Of a DNA stretch of 64,000 bases, positions 10,816-20,083 are shown one piece after another. The notes under the pieces were generated by a model, which was not told where the DNA came from, did not search any database, and worked only from the letters and a program-made list of their open reading frames with translations. The stretch spans positions 75,293 to 139,292 of the forward strand of contig JBDRIO010000009.1 of assembly GCA_043815815.1 (NCBI GenBank), read 5' to 3'. The DNA is from Candidatus Eiseniibacteriota bacterium (lineage in GTDB: Bacteria > Joyebacterota > Joyebacteria > Joyebacterales > Joyebacteraceae). How positions within the stretch are numbered: position 1 is the first letter of the stretch; each line of letters begins with the position of its first letter. The position numbers and the translations under genes are program-made.

Positions 10816-12207
10816 CTACGCGCTTCCCGCTGACTGCTTGAGTTCCTGGAGGATCCTCTCTCCGACCCGATAGACGTCTCCCGCGCCGAGCGTCATGACG
10901 ACGTCGCCGGGCTCGATCACCTCCATCGCGCGCTCGCAGAGAGCGTCCAGCCCCTCGACGTACTCGCAGCTCCGGTGACCGGAACTCCGTGCAGCGTCGA
11001 CGATGGAGGCACCGCTCACTCCTTCTATCGGCGCTTCGCTCGCTGCGTAGATTCCGGTGACCAGAAGCACATCAGCGTCGTAGAAGCTTCTTCCGAATTC
11101 CTGGGCGAGCTTCTGAGTTCGCGAGTATCTGTGCGGCTGGAAGAGGACGACGAGGCGCCTGTCCCATCTTGCCTTCGCTGCCGAGAGTGTCGTCTTGACT
11201 TCCGCCGGGTGGTGCCCGTAGTCATCCAGTACAAGCACATCGTTGACCTCCCCCTTGAACTCGAACCTCCGAGCGATCCCTTCGAACTCGCGAAGCGCCG
11301 ACGCTATGTCGTCGAACGCCACTCCGAGTTCGAGTCCCGTGGCCACGGCCGCCAGCGAGTTATAGACGTTGTGCAGGCCGGGCATCGTTATCTCAACCGC
11401 CCCAAGCTCGCGTCCGGCGGCCTCAACGGCGAACCGGGTGAACTCCTGCGTCGCCTCCACGTCGAGCGCCCTGACGTCGGCCTGCGTGGTGAGCCCGTAC
11501 GAGATGACCCTCCTGTCGATGTCCGCGAGGATCGCCTGGATGTTCTGCTGGTCCAGGCAGACGATCGAGCAGCCGAAGAACGGGACGCTGTTCGCGAAGT
11601 GCGTGAAGGCCTTCTTGATCTCCGGAAGGCCCGAGTAGAAATCGAGATGCTCCTCGTCGACGGTCGTAACGACCGCGATGGTCGGCGAGAGCTTGAGGAA
11701 CGAGCCGTCGCTCTCGTCGGCCTCGGCCACCATGTACTCGCTCGCCCCCAGGCGCGCGCCGCTTCCCGCGGTCTTCAGTCGCCCCCCGACGACGACGGTG
11801 GGGTCCAGGCCCCCGGCCGAGAGCACGGCCGAGATGAGCGACGTCGTAGTCGTCTTCCCGTGCGTCCCTCCGACGGCCACCGAGAACTTCATGCGCATGA
11901 GCTCGGCCAGCATCTCGACCCTCGGGATGACGGGTATCATCTGGTCGAGCGCGGCCTTGACCTCCGGGTTGTCCTTCGAGACGGCGGACGAGTAGACGAC
12001 AACGTCGGCTCCCTCGATGTTCAGAGCGGCGTGTTCGAAGCGGACCGTCGCGCCCAGCCCTTCGAGGCGCTGAGTCGTCTCGCTGCGCCTGAGGTCGGAG
12101 CCCGACACGACGAACCCCAGATTGGCGAGAACCTCGGCGATGCCGCTCATGCCGGCGCCGCCGATCCCGACCAGATGCACGTGCTTGACGCGTCCGAACA
12201 TCGTCAC
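10816..12207 (-). CDS. murC: UDP-N-acetylmuramate--L-alanine ligase MurC
   Basis: 'HLVGIGGAGMSGIAEVL' and 'GGTHGKTTTTSLIS' Mur ligase P-loop. Confidence 0.95.
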   Translation of the reverse strand: MTMFGRVKHVHLVGIGGAGMSGIAEVLANLGFVVSGSDLRRSETTQRLEGLGATVRFEHAALNIEGADVVVYSSAVSKDNPEVKAALDQMIPVIPRVEMLAELMRMKFSVAVGGTHGKTTTTSLISAVLSAGGLDPTVVVGGRLKTAGSGARLGASEYMVAEADESDGSFLKLSPTIAVVTTVDEEHLDFYSGLPEIKKAFTHFANSVPFFGCSIVCLDQQNIQAILADIDRRVISYGLTTQADVRALDVEATQEFTRFAVEAAGRELGAVEITMPGLHNVYNSLAAVATGLELGVAFDDIASALREFEGIARRFEFKGEVNDVLVLDDYGHHPAEVKTTLSAAKARWDRRLVVLFQPHRYSRTQKLAQEFGRSFYDADVLLVTGIYAASEAPIEGVSGASIVDAARSSGHRSCEYVEGLDALCERAMEVIEPGDVVMTLGAGDVYRVGERILQELKQSAGSA

Positions 12208-13352
12208 GATGCGCTCTCCCCTGTCCCCTCCGCCGGACCTCCCGCACTCCCCGCCGCCCCTCCCAGTGCGTCTCCGCCGGCGAGGGCCAGTGCCGCCCGC
12301 GCGACCCGGGCAGCCGCGTCGGGCCGCGCGAGCTTCCTGGCAGCGTCAGCCATCGCCAACAAACGCTCCCGCTCGAAGGTGAGCTTCCGCACCAGCGAGA
12401 CGAGCACGTCGGCCGTGAACTCCGAATCCGGAACGACGACCGACGCTCCCGCCTTCTCCAGCGCTCGAGCGTTCTTCATCTGGTGTCCCTCGGTCGCGAA
12501 CGGGTAGGGCACGAGCACCGACGGACGACCTACGATCTCGATCTCCGCGATGGCGGTCGCTCCGGCCCGCGACACGATGAGGTCGCACGCCGCGTAGACC
12601 GCCGCCATGTCGTCGAAGAACGAGGCCACGACCCCCCCCAGCCGCGCGCGCTCGACCTCGCCGCGAACGCGGTCCTCGTCGTCCGCGCCCGTCTGAGCGA
12701 TGATCTCGATGCCGTCCTCGGCCAGCCGCCCCGCGGCCTCGAGGACTGCCTCGTTCAGCCTGCGCGCGCCCCGGCTCCCGCCCACCGACAGGAGAACCGT
12801 CGCGTCCTCCGAGAGCCCGAGGGCCCGTCTCGACTCGGCCCTGTTCGCGGCGCCCAGCGAGGAGCGAACGGGATTCCCCGAGACGATCACCTTCCTCGCT
12901 CGAGGCAGATGCGCGCCCGTCTCCTCGAAGCTGACGTGCACCTCGCGAGCGCGCGACGAGAGCACGCGGGTCGCGAGCCCCGGATACGAGTTCTGCTCCT
13001 GGAGAAGGAACGGCACACCGAGCGAGTTCGCCGCCAGGAGCGGAGGGACGCTCACGAAGCCGCCGGTGCCGACGGCCGCGTCCGGACGGGCGCCGCGGAG
13101 CGACCAGAGGGCGGACGCGTAGCCGGCGGCCATCACGAACGGGACGCCGACGTTGCGCACGTCCGCTCTCCTTCTCAGTCCCATCGACGGCACCGGCACG
13201 AATCTCCTGCCCGTCTTTCCGACGACGCTCTCTTCGAGCGACCCGCCTCTGCCGGCGAAGAAGACCTCCGCGCCCGCTGAGAGGCTCTCAATCGCCTCGG
13301 CGATCGCGATGCCCGGGAAGATGTGTCCGCCTGTTCCCCCGCCTGCGATCAT
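12204..13352 (-). CDS. murG: Lipid II GlcNAc transferase MurG
   Basis: ORF open to 13955, but the homologous part starts at 'MIAGGGTGGHIFPGIAIAEA' (ATG 13352), 5 nt after the ftsW stop. Confidence 0.9.
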   Translation of the reverse strand: MIAGGGTGGHIFPGIAIAEAIESLSAGAEVFFAGRGGSLEESVVGKTGRRFVPVPSMGLRRRADVRNVGVPFVMAAGYASALWSLRGARPDAAVGTGGFVSVPPLLAANSLGVPFLLQEQNSYPGLATRVLSSRAREVHVSFEETGAHLPRARKVIVSGNPVRSSLGAANRAESRRALGLSEDATVLLSVGGSRGARRLNEAVLEAAGRLAEDGIEIIAQTGADDEDRVRGEVERARLGGVVASFFDDMAAVYAACDLIVSRAGATAIAEIEIVGRPSVLVPYPFATEGHQMKNARALEKAGASVVVPDSEFTADVLVSLVRKLTFERERLLAMADAARKLARPDAAARVARAALALAGGDALGGAAGSAGGPAEGTGESAS

Positions 13353-13357
13353 CACCC

Positions 13358-14530
13358 TCAAGACCTCTTCCTCTTCTTCCGCGCGTGCTCGCTGCGCTTC
13401 CGCACCGGGATGCGCAGACTCGACACGGAGGCCGGCTCCGGAACGACGCGCTTCGACATGTTCAGAAGAACGCCTATGGCCGCCATGTTCACGACGAGGG
13501 ACGAGCCGCCGTAGCTGACGAACGGGAGCGGAAGCCCCGTCGTCGGGAAGAGGGCCGTCGCGACGCCGATGTTGATGATGGCGTAGATGCTGATCATCGC
13601 GGTCAGGCCCGCCGCCAACACGGTCCCGTACGTGTCGGAAGCTCGGTTGGCGATGCGCAGCCCCCGCAGCATGAGGAATGCGAAGACGGCGACGACGACG
13701 AGCGTCCCCACGAGCCCCACCTCCTCGCCCCAGATGGAGAAGGCGAAGTCGGTGTAGGGGTCCGGTATGAACGCCCTCTGCATGCTCTCGCCGACTCCCC
13801 GCCCGATGATGCCGCCGGAACCGAGGGCGACAAGCGACTGGTAGATCTGATAGCCCGCGCCCTGGGTGTCGAGCCCCTCGAGCGTGAGATCGTACGACGC
13901 CCTCCACACCTGCCAGCGCTCGATGATGTGCGGCACGGTCCTTATCGCCACCCATCCGCCGGCGCCGCCCAGGGCGGCGAGCCCGCCCACGTGGACGAGC
14001 CTAGCCCCGCCCAGGAAGAGCAGCACGAGGGTGAGGACGGCGATGGCGAGCGCGTTCCCGAAGTCGGGCTGCAGGAGCACGAGCCCGACGACGGCGCCGG
14101 CGAGCACGAGTCTCGGCAGCACCCCGAACCTGAAGTCCGAGACCTCGTCCTTCCGCCTGGCGAGCACGTCGGCCATGTAGAAGACGAGTGCGAGCTTCGC
14201 TATCTCGCCCGGCTGGAACATGAGCAACCGCGCGCGCATCCCGCGGACCACCGTGCCGATGATGAGAGTGAGGATGAGGAGACCGATCGCGGCGAATATC
14301 GCCTTCGTCGCGTGGCGCCGGTGGGACCGGTAATCGATCCTGTAGGCGAAATAGAGCGCGGCGACGCCGAACGCCGCTCGAACCAGGCTGCGCTTCAGGA
14401 ACACGTGGCTCCCGCCGAAGCTGTGGCCGGCCACGTGCACGCTGGCGGTGTAGACCGTGACGATGCCCACGAGCCCCAGAAGGAGCGTGACCCAGACGAG
14501 TCCTCTGTCACACTGAAGGGTGCCTCTCAC
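13358..14530 (-). CDS. ftsW: SEDS peptidoglycan polymerase FtsW
   Basis: Multi-TM protein. 'SLVALGSGGIIGRGVGES', 'PEPYTDF-like IPDPYTDFAF', 'LPFVSYGGSS'. Confidence 0.9.
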   Translation of the reverse strand: MRGTLQCDRGLVWVTLLLGLVGIVTVYTASVHVAGHSFGGSHVFLKRSLVRAAFGVAALYFAYRIDYRSHRRHATKAIFAAIGLLILTLIIGTVVRGMRARLLMFQPGEIAKLALVFYMADVLARRKDEVSDFRFGVLPRLVLAGAVVGLVLLQPDFGNALAIAVLTLVLLFLGGARLVHVGGLAALGGAGGWVAIRTVPHIIERWQVWRASYDLTLEGLDTQGAGYQIYQSLVALGSGGIIGRGVGESMQRAFIPDPYTDFAFSIWGEEVGLVGTLVVVAVFAFLMLRGLRIANRASDTYGTVLAAGLTAMISIYAIINIGVATALFPTTGLPLPFVSYGGSSLVVNMAAIGVLLNMSKRVVPEPASVSSLRIPVRKRSEHARKKRKRS

Positions 14531-15981
14531 TTCGCTTCCCTCTCACACGCCCGGCCGCTCTCCGTCGACAGAGCCCTCACGGCCTCGCGGAACGCGTCGC
14601 CCCTGTCCTCGTAGTCGCGGAACATGTCGAAGCTCGCGCACGCCGGCGACAGGAGGACGACGTCGCCCGGGTCCGCCCACTGCCGCGCCATCCGCACCGC
14701 CTCCTCGAGCGACGCGGCCCGCTCGATGGGCGCCGCTCCCGAGAGCGCGGACTCGAGCTTCCCGGCGGTCTCGCCGATGAGCACGAGCGCCCTGACGTTC
14801 CGCTCGACGAGTTCCCTCAGTCTGCCGAAGTCCGTACCCTTGTCCTTGCCGCCGGCTATGAGGACGATCGGGCTCCGATAGCTGCCGAGTGCGCACGCCA
14901 CGGACTCCACGTTAGTCGCCTTCGAGTCGTTAACGAACCTGACGCCGTCCACCTCGCAGACGTCCTCCATCCTGTGCGGGAGCGGTCGGAACGCCCTGAG
15001 CTCCTCCGCCACTGCGCCGACGTCGACGCCGATGGCGAGGGCGGCCGCCGTTGCGGCCGCGGAGTTGGCGAGGTTGTGCGGGCCGGGCAGGCCGAGTTCG
15101 TCGACCCGGATCACCTCCGACTCGCGTCCTCCGAACTGCGACACGATGGCGCCGTCGCGGACGAACACCCCGCCCGCCACCTCCCGCTCGGTGCTCACGG
15201 GAATGACCGTCGACGCGAGCGTGCCCGCGATCTCTCCGACGAGCCTGTCGTCTACGTTCAGCACGGCGAAGTCGGTCGAGACCTGATTCTCGAAGATGCG
15301 GCGCTTGGAAGCCGCGTACGCCTCGAACGACTCGTACCTGTCGAGGTGGTCCTCGGTGATGTTCAGAAGGACGCCCACCCTCGGCCTGAACGAGACGACC
15401 GTGTCGAGCTGGAAGCTGGACACCTCGGCCACGACGTACCCGTCGTCGGGGATCCTCGCGACCTCGGACGACAGCGCCACTCCGATGTTGCCGGCCACGA
15501 CGGTCGGGTGCCCCGCGCGCGCCACCAGCGCTCCCAGGAGCGCCGTCGTGGTCGTCTTACCGTTCGTGCCCGTGACGGCGAGCCACGTCCCGCGCGAGAG
15601 GCGGAAGGCGAGCTCGAGTTCTCCGATGACGGGGATGCCGCGCTCGGCCGCGTCGTCCACGACGGGGCTGTCCGAAGGCACGCCCGGCGACACCACGACC
15701 AGGTCTGCGCCGTGGAGGACGCCCGCGGGGTGCTCGCCGAGTTCGAGCCTGACGTTCCGGCCCTTCCACGGGTCGGGACCGAGCGCCAGCTCGGACTCCG
15801 GCCGGACGTCCGTCGCCGTCACGCGCGCCCCGCGCGACAGCAGGAGCTCGACCGCGGCCTTCCCGCTCCTGGCGAGCCCGACCACGACGACGCGACGACC
15901 GTTCAGGTCGGTCCCGATGCCGTTGCCGGCGCCGTTCCGCCTCCTCGTCTTCTTCCTGTCGTCGGCCCAGCCCGTGATCAT
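14527..15981 (-). CDS. murD: UDP-N-acetylmuramoylalanine--D-glutamate ligase MurD
   Basis: 'VVVVGLARSGKAAVELL' and 'VTGTNGKTTTTALLG'. About 28 aa of N-terminal extension, so the true start may lie further in. Confidence 0.9.
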   Translation of the reverse strand: MITGWADDRKKTRRRNGAGNGIGTDLNGRRVVVVGLARSGKAAVELLLSRGARVTATDVRPESELALGPDPWKGRNVRLELGEHPAGVLHGADLVVVSPGVPSDSPVVDDAAERGIPVIGELELAFRLSRGTWLAVTGTNGKTTTTALLGALVARAGHPTVVAGNIGVALSSEVARIPDDGYVVAEVSSFQLDTVVSFRPRVGVLLNITEDHLDRYESFEAYAASKRRIFENQVSTDFAVLNVDDRLVGEIAGTLASTVIPVSTEREVAGGVFVRDGAIVSQFGGRESEVIRVDELGLPGPHNLANSAAATAAALAIGVDVGAVAEELRAFRPLPHRMEDVCEVDGVRFVNDSKATNVESVACALGSYRSPIVLIAGGKDKGTDFGRLRELVERNVRALVLIGETAGKLESALSGAAPIERAASLEEAVRMARQWADPGDVVLLSPACASFDMFRDYEDRGDAFREAVRALSTESGRACEREAK

Positions 15982-16005
15982 GGCCCCGCCTTCTCCCGTC
16001 CCTCG

Positions 16006-17088
16006 TTACTGCAGCTTCAAAGTCGACAGCGAAAGGAGCGCGAATATCGCTCCGGCGATCCAGAACCGAATGACCACCTTGCTCTCAGGCCACCCCTTCT
16101 GCTGGAAGTGATGGTGCAGGGGCGACATGAGAAAGACCCGCTTCCCCCGGAGCTTCACGGAGGCGATCTGGATGATCACCGAGGCGACGACCAGGACGAA
16201 CACGCCGCCCACGATGACGAGCCAGATCTCCTTCTTGATGAGGATCGCCAGGGTCCCGAGAGCGCCTCCCACCGCGAGCGACCCGGTGTCACCCATGAAT
16301 ACCTCCGCCGGATGCGCGTTGAACCAGAGGAACCCGAGCGACGCTCCGATGAGCGCTGAGCAGTAGACGGTGAGCTCTCCCGTCCCGGCGATGTACGGGA
16401 TGTTCAGGTACTCGCTGAACCGCACGTGTCCGGTGACGTAGCTCATCCCGGCGAAGGCTATGGCGCAGAAGACCGTGAGGCCTATGGCGAGTCCGTCGAG
16501 CCCGTCGGTCAGGTTCACCGCGTTTGAGCTCGCCGTTACGGTGAGCATCACGAACACGAGGTAGAGGGCGCCCAGCGATATGACCGCGTCCTTGAGGAAG
16601 GGGACCTGGATGTCGGTCGGGCTCGCGATGATGCCGGTGTAGTAGATGAAGAGGCCGATCAGGAGGCCGAGACCGAGCTGGCCGGCGAGCTTGTAGCGGG
16701 CCACGAGCCCCTTCTTCTGCTTCTTCACGACCTTCAGGAAGTCGTCGATGAAGCCGACGGCCCCGAGCCAGAGCGTGGCCACGATCATGATCCATATGAA
16801 GTCGTTGTCGAGCCTCGCCCACAGGAGCGTGGGGACGAGCGTCGCGACGAGGATCAGGAGTCCGCCCATCGTGGGCGTACCCACCTTCGTGGCGTGCGAG
16901 TCGGGTGCGAACTCCCGCAGGCCGTCGGTGAGCTGAAGTCTCTTGAGCATCCGCAGGAACAAGGGGCCAAGGAGGAAGCTTATGAGCAGGGCCGTCACCG
17001 CCGCGTACGCCGATCGGAAGGATATGTAGCGGAAAACATTGAAGGCACCAATGATGTCCCGCAGGGGATATAGGAGATGATAGAACAT
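16006..17088 (-). CDS. mraY: Phospho-N-acetylmuramoyl-pentapeptide transferase MraY
   Basis: 'KVGTPTMGGLLIL', 'NAVNLTDGLDGLA', 'VFMGDTGSLAVGGALG'. Confidence 0.95.
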   Translation of the reverse strand: MFYHLLYPLRDIIGAFNVFRYISFRSAYAAVTALLISFLLGPLFLRMLKRLQLTDGLREFAPDSHATKVGTPTMGGLLILVATLVPTLLWARLDNDFIWIMIVATLWLGAVGFIDDFLKVVKKQKKGLVARYKLAGQLGLGLLIGLFIYYTGIIASPTDIQVPFLKDAVISLGALYLVFVMLTVTASSNAVNLTDGLDGLAIGLTVFCAIAFAGMSYVTGHVRFSEYLNIPYIAGTGELTVYCSALIGASLGFLWFNAHPAEVFMGDTGSLAVGGALGTLAILIKKEIWLVIVGGVFVLVVASVIIQIASVKLRGKRVFLMSPLHHHFQQKGWPESKVVIRFWIAGAIFALLSLSTLKLQ

Positions 17089-17131
17089 GACAGCCCTTTT
17101 CCGATGGGGAGCCCCGAGGGGCCCCGCCGGG

Positions 17132-18526
17132 TCAGGAGGCGGGCGCCTCCTTCACCAGCAACTCAACCACTTCCTCCATGCGCATTCCGCGCGACCCCTT
17201 GACCAGGATCACCGCGTCCCGCATCGGAAGCTCCACGAGCTCCCGGACGAGCGCGGCCTTGTCCTCGAACAACCTCGCCCTCTCGGGCGGTATCCCCGCG
17301 TCGAGCGCGCCGTCCCTCAGCCGCTCGACCTCGCATCCGAACAGGAACAGATAGTTGACGCCGACCTGCGCCGCGCGTCTCCCGGCCGCCGCGTGGGCCG
17401 CGCCGCTCGCCTCCCCCAGCTCGAGCATGTCGCCGAGCACGGCCACCGAGGGCCGTCCGGCCGCCAGAGCCTTCAGGGCGTCGAGCGCCGCCGCCAGCGA
17501 GCCCGGGTTCGAGTTGTAGGCGTCGTTCAGCACCGTCCACGGCCCGATGGTCGACACGAGCATCCTCATCGGACTCGGCTCGAAGCTCCCGAGACCCTCG
17601 GCCGCGCGCTCCCTGTCTATGCCCAGGGCGTCCCCGACCGCGAGCGCCGCGAGCGCGTTCGCCACGTTGTGCCTGCCCGGAACGGGGAGTTCGATACTGC
17701 CCCCGCCCTCGAGCCCGAACAGGACGGTCCCGGGCCGCTCGGCCCCGCATCCGCGCTCCTCCACGTCGAGGGCGCGCACGTCGGCGCCGCTCCCGAAGCC
17801 GAACGTCCTGACTCCCGCTTTCGTCCTCGACGCCTGGGCCATGACGCGCGCGTCGTCTGCGTTCAGAACCGCCACGCCGTCGGCTGGGAGCGACTCCAGG
17901 AGCTCGCCCTTGGCCTCGGCCACGGCCTCGAGCGTCTCCATGCTCTCCAGATGCCCCTCCGCCACGTTCGTGATGACGCCGACGTCGGGCCGCGCGATCT
18001 CCGAGAGCCTCCTGATCTCGCCCGGGTGGTTCATGCCCATCTCGATCACGGCCGCCTCGTGCCGGCTCGTGAGTTCCAGAAGCGTCAGGGGAACGCCGAT
18101 GTGGTTGTTCAGGTTCCCCTCGGTCTTCATCGTCTCGAGTTCGGTCGAGAGGACGGCGGCGGCCATGTCCTTGGTCGTGGTCTTGCCGTTGGTCCCGGTG
18201 ATGCCGACGACGCGGACGTCGAACCTGCTCCTGTACCAGGAGGCCAGTTCCTGAAGCGCCAGCGTGGTGTCCGCGACCCTCACGATGAGCGAGGCGTCCG
18301 CGGCGGTCCGAGAGTCGTCCGACACGACGGCTCCCAGGGCGCCGTTCGCGAGCGCCTCGTCGACGAAGTCGTGACCGTCGAATCGGTCTCCGCGTATCGC
18401 GAAGAAGACGTCGCCGCGCCCCGCGACGCGCGAGTCTATGCGGACCCCCGCGAGGACCGCGTCCGGCACGTCCGGCCGTTCTCCTTCGAGCACTCTCGCC
18501 ACGTCCCTGAGCGTCACGTTCTCCAT
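17132..18526 (-). CDS. murF: UDP-MurNAc-tripeptide--D-Ala-D-Ala ligase MurF
   Basis: 'VVGITGTNGKTTTKDM' and 'NDAYNSNP'. Confidence 0.9.
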   Translation of the reverse strand: MENVTLRDVARVLEGERPDVPDAVLAGVRIDSRVAGRGDVFFAIRGDRFDGHDFVDEALANGALGAVVSDDSRTAADASLIVRVADTTLALQELASWYRSRFDVRVVGITGTNGKTTTKDMAAAVLSTELETMKTEGNLNNHIGVPLTLLELTSRHEAAVIEMGMNHPGEIRRLSEIARPDVGVITNVAEGHLESMETLEAVAEAKGELLESLPADGVAVLNADDARVMAQASRTKAGVRTFGFGSGADVRALDVEERGCGAERPGTVLFGLEGGGSIELPVPGRHNVANALAALAVGDALGIDRERAAEGLGSFEPSPMRMLVSTIGPWTVLNDAYNSNPGSLAAALDALKALAAGRPSVAVLGDMLELGEASGAAHAAAGRRAAQVGVNYLFLFGCEVERLRDGALDAGIPPERARLFEDKAALVRELVELPMRDAVILVKGSRGMRMEEVVELLVKEAPAS

Positions 18527-18530
18527 CCGT

Positions 18531-20069
18531 CTACCGGTTCCGGTGGAATCGTTCGATCGCGGCTCTCGCTTCTTCGCGATCGTCGAAGTGGACCTTCTCG
18601 GTCCCGAGGATCTGATAGTCCTCGTGACCCTTGCCTGCTATGAGCACCACGTCTCCGGGCGCGGCTATCGAGACGGCGCGCTCGATGGCCTCGCGCCGGT
18701 CCTCGATGACCTCGATCTGCGCGTCGCGCCTCCCCTCGCCCGGTCCCGACATGATCTCGTCGATGATGACTCCCGGCTCTTCCGTGCGGGGATTGTCGGA
18801 CGTCACGATGACCACGTCCGAGTTCCTGACCGCTATCTCGCCCATGATGGGACGCTTGCCCCGGTCGCGGTCGCCTCCGCACCCGAAGACGGTGATGAGG
18901 CGCTCGGGACGCAGCTCCGCCAGAGCGCGGAGCACCTTCTCGAGCGCGTCGGGCGTGTGGGCGTAGTCGACGATGACCGTGAAGCGCTGCCCCGCGTGGA
19001 CCGACTCCATGCGCCCGGGCACGCTCTCCACCTGAGAGAGGCCGTCGGCTATCGCGTCCGGCCCGACGCCCTGCGAGACGGCCACGGTCGCGGCCGCCAG
19101 GGCGTTCATCACGTTGAACGCGGAGATGAGTCTGAGGTTCGTCTCGAACGACCCGTCCGGCGTGCGCACGCGCGCGTTCGTGCCGGACGGCGAGCTCGAG
19201 ACGCTCTCGGCGTGAACGTCGCCCTCGCTGAGACCGTAGGACAGCACGCGGACCTCGCCCGACCTGCGGAGCGAGCGAACGAGCTCAGCGCCGAACCCGT
19301 CGTCGCGGTTCACGACCGCCGTCGCCCCGGGCTTTCCTCCTTCGCCCTCCAGGAGTTCGAAGAGCGACCGCTTGGCCTTGCGGTAGTCCTCGAGGGAACC
19401 GTGGAAGTCGAGATGGTCCCGAGAGAGGTTCGTCAGGGTCGCGGTGTCGAACCTCACGCCCGCCACGCGGCCCAGCGCCAGCGCGTGGGACGAGACCTCC
19501 ATGGCGACCGACTCCACCCCCTCCCCGACCATCGAGGCCATGAGCCTCGCCAGGTCGAGCGATTCGGGACTCGTGCGGTCGCCGGGCTCGGACCTCTCTC
19601 CGACGCGGTAGCCGAGCGTGCCGACGACGCCGGTGGCGAGCCCGTGCCGCCTCATGATCGAGTCGATCAGATACGACGTCGTGGTCTTCCCGTTCGTGCC
19701 GGTTATCCCGTGCGTCACGAGACGCTCCGACGGGCGTCCGTAGAACTCGTGCGACACGAATCCGAGCGCCGTTCTCGTGTCGCCCACGATCACCTCCGGC
19801 ATCGCGCCGGTCCCGGTGGGGTTCTCCACGAGGGCCGCGACGGCTCCGCGCTCCGCGGCCTTCGCAACGAACTCGTGCCCGTCGACCGTGAAGCCGCGCA
19901 CGGCCACGAAGAGCGCGCGGTCCGTCACCTTGCGGGAGTCGTACTCCACCGAGGCGACGTCGATGTGTCCGGGCACGCCGCTCGCCGGCACGCCGCTCGC
20001 GTCGAGCAGCCCGGCAAGCTCACGCGTTCCGGCCCCGCCGTGGGCGGCGTCAGGTCCGTTCGCCTCCAT
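18531..20069 (-). CDS. murE: UDP-MurNAc-L-Ala-D-Glu--2,6-diaminopimelate ligase MurE
   Basis: ORF open to 20729. The homologous part begins at 'MEANGP' (ATG 20069), just after the ftsI stop (20084). 'GITGTNGKTTTSYL', 'VFGCGGDRD', 'TSDNPRTE'. Confidence 0.9.
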   Translation of the reverse strand: MEANGPDAAHGGAGTRELAGLLDASGVPASGVPGHIDVASVEYDSRKVTDRALFVAVRGFTVDGHEFVAKAAERGAVAALVENPTGTGAMPEVIVGDTRTALGFVSHEFYGRPSERLVTHGITGTNGKTTTSYLIDSIMRRHGLATGVVGTLGYRVGERSEPGDRTSPESLDLARLMASMVGEGVESVAMEVSSHALALGRVAGVRFDTATLTNLSRDHLDFHGSLEDYRKAKRSLFELLEGEGGKPGATAVVNRDDGFGAELVRSLRRSGEVRVLSYGLSEGDVHAESVSSSPSGTNARVRTPDGSFETNLRLISAFNVMNALAAATVAVSQGVGPDAIADGLSQVESVPGRMESVHAGQRFTVIVDYAHTPDALEKVLRALAELRPERLITVFGCGGDRDRGKRPIMGEIAVRNSDVVIVTSDNPRTEEPGVIIDEIMSGPGEGRRDAQIEVIEDRREAIERAVSIAAPGDVVLIAGKGHEDYQILGTEKVHFDDREEARAAIERFHRNR

Positions 20070-20083
20070 GTCGCGCCTCGTCG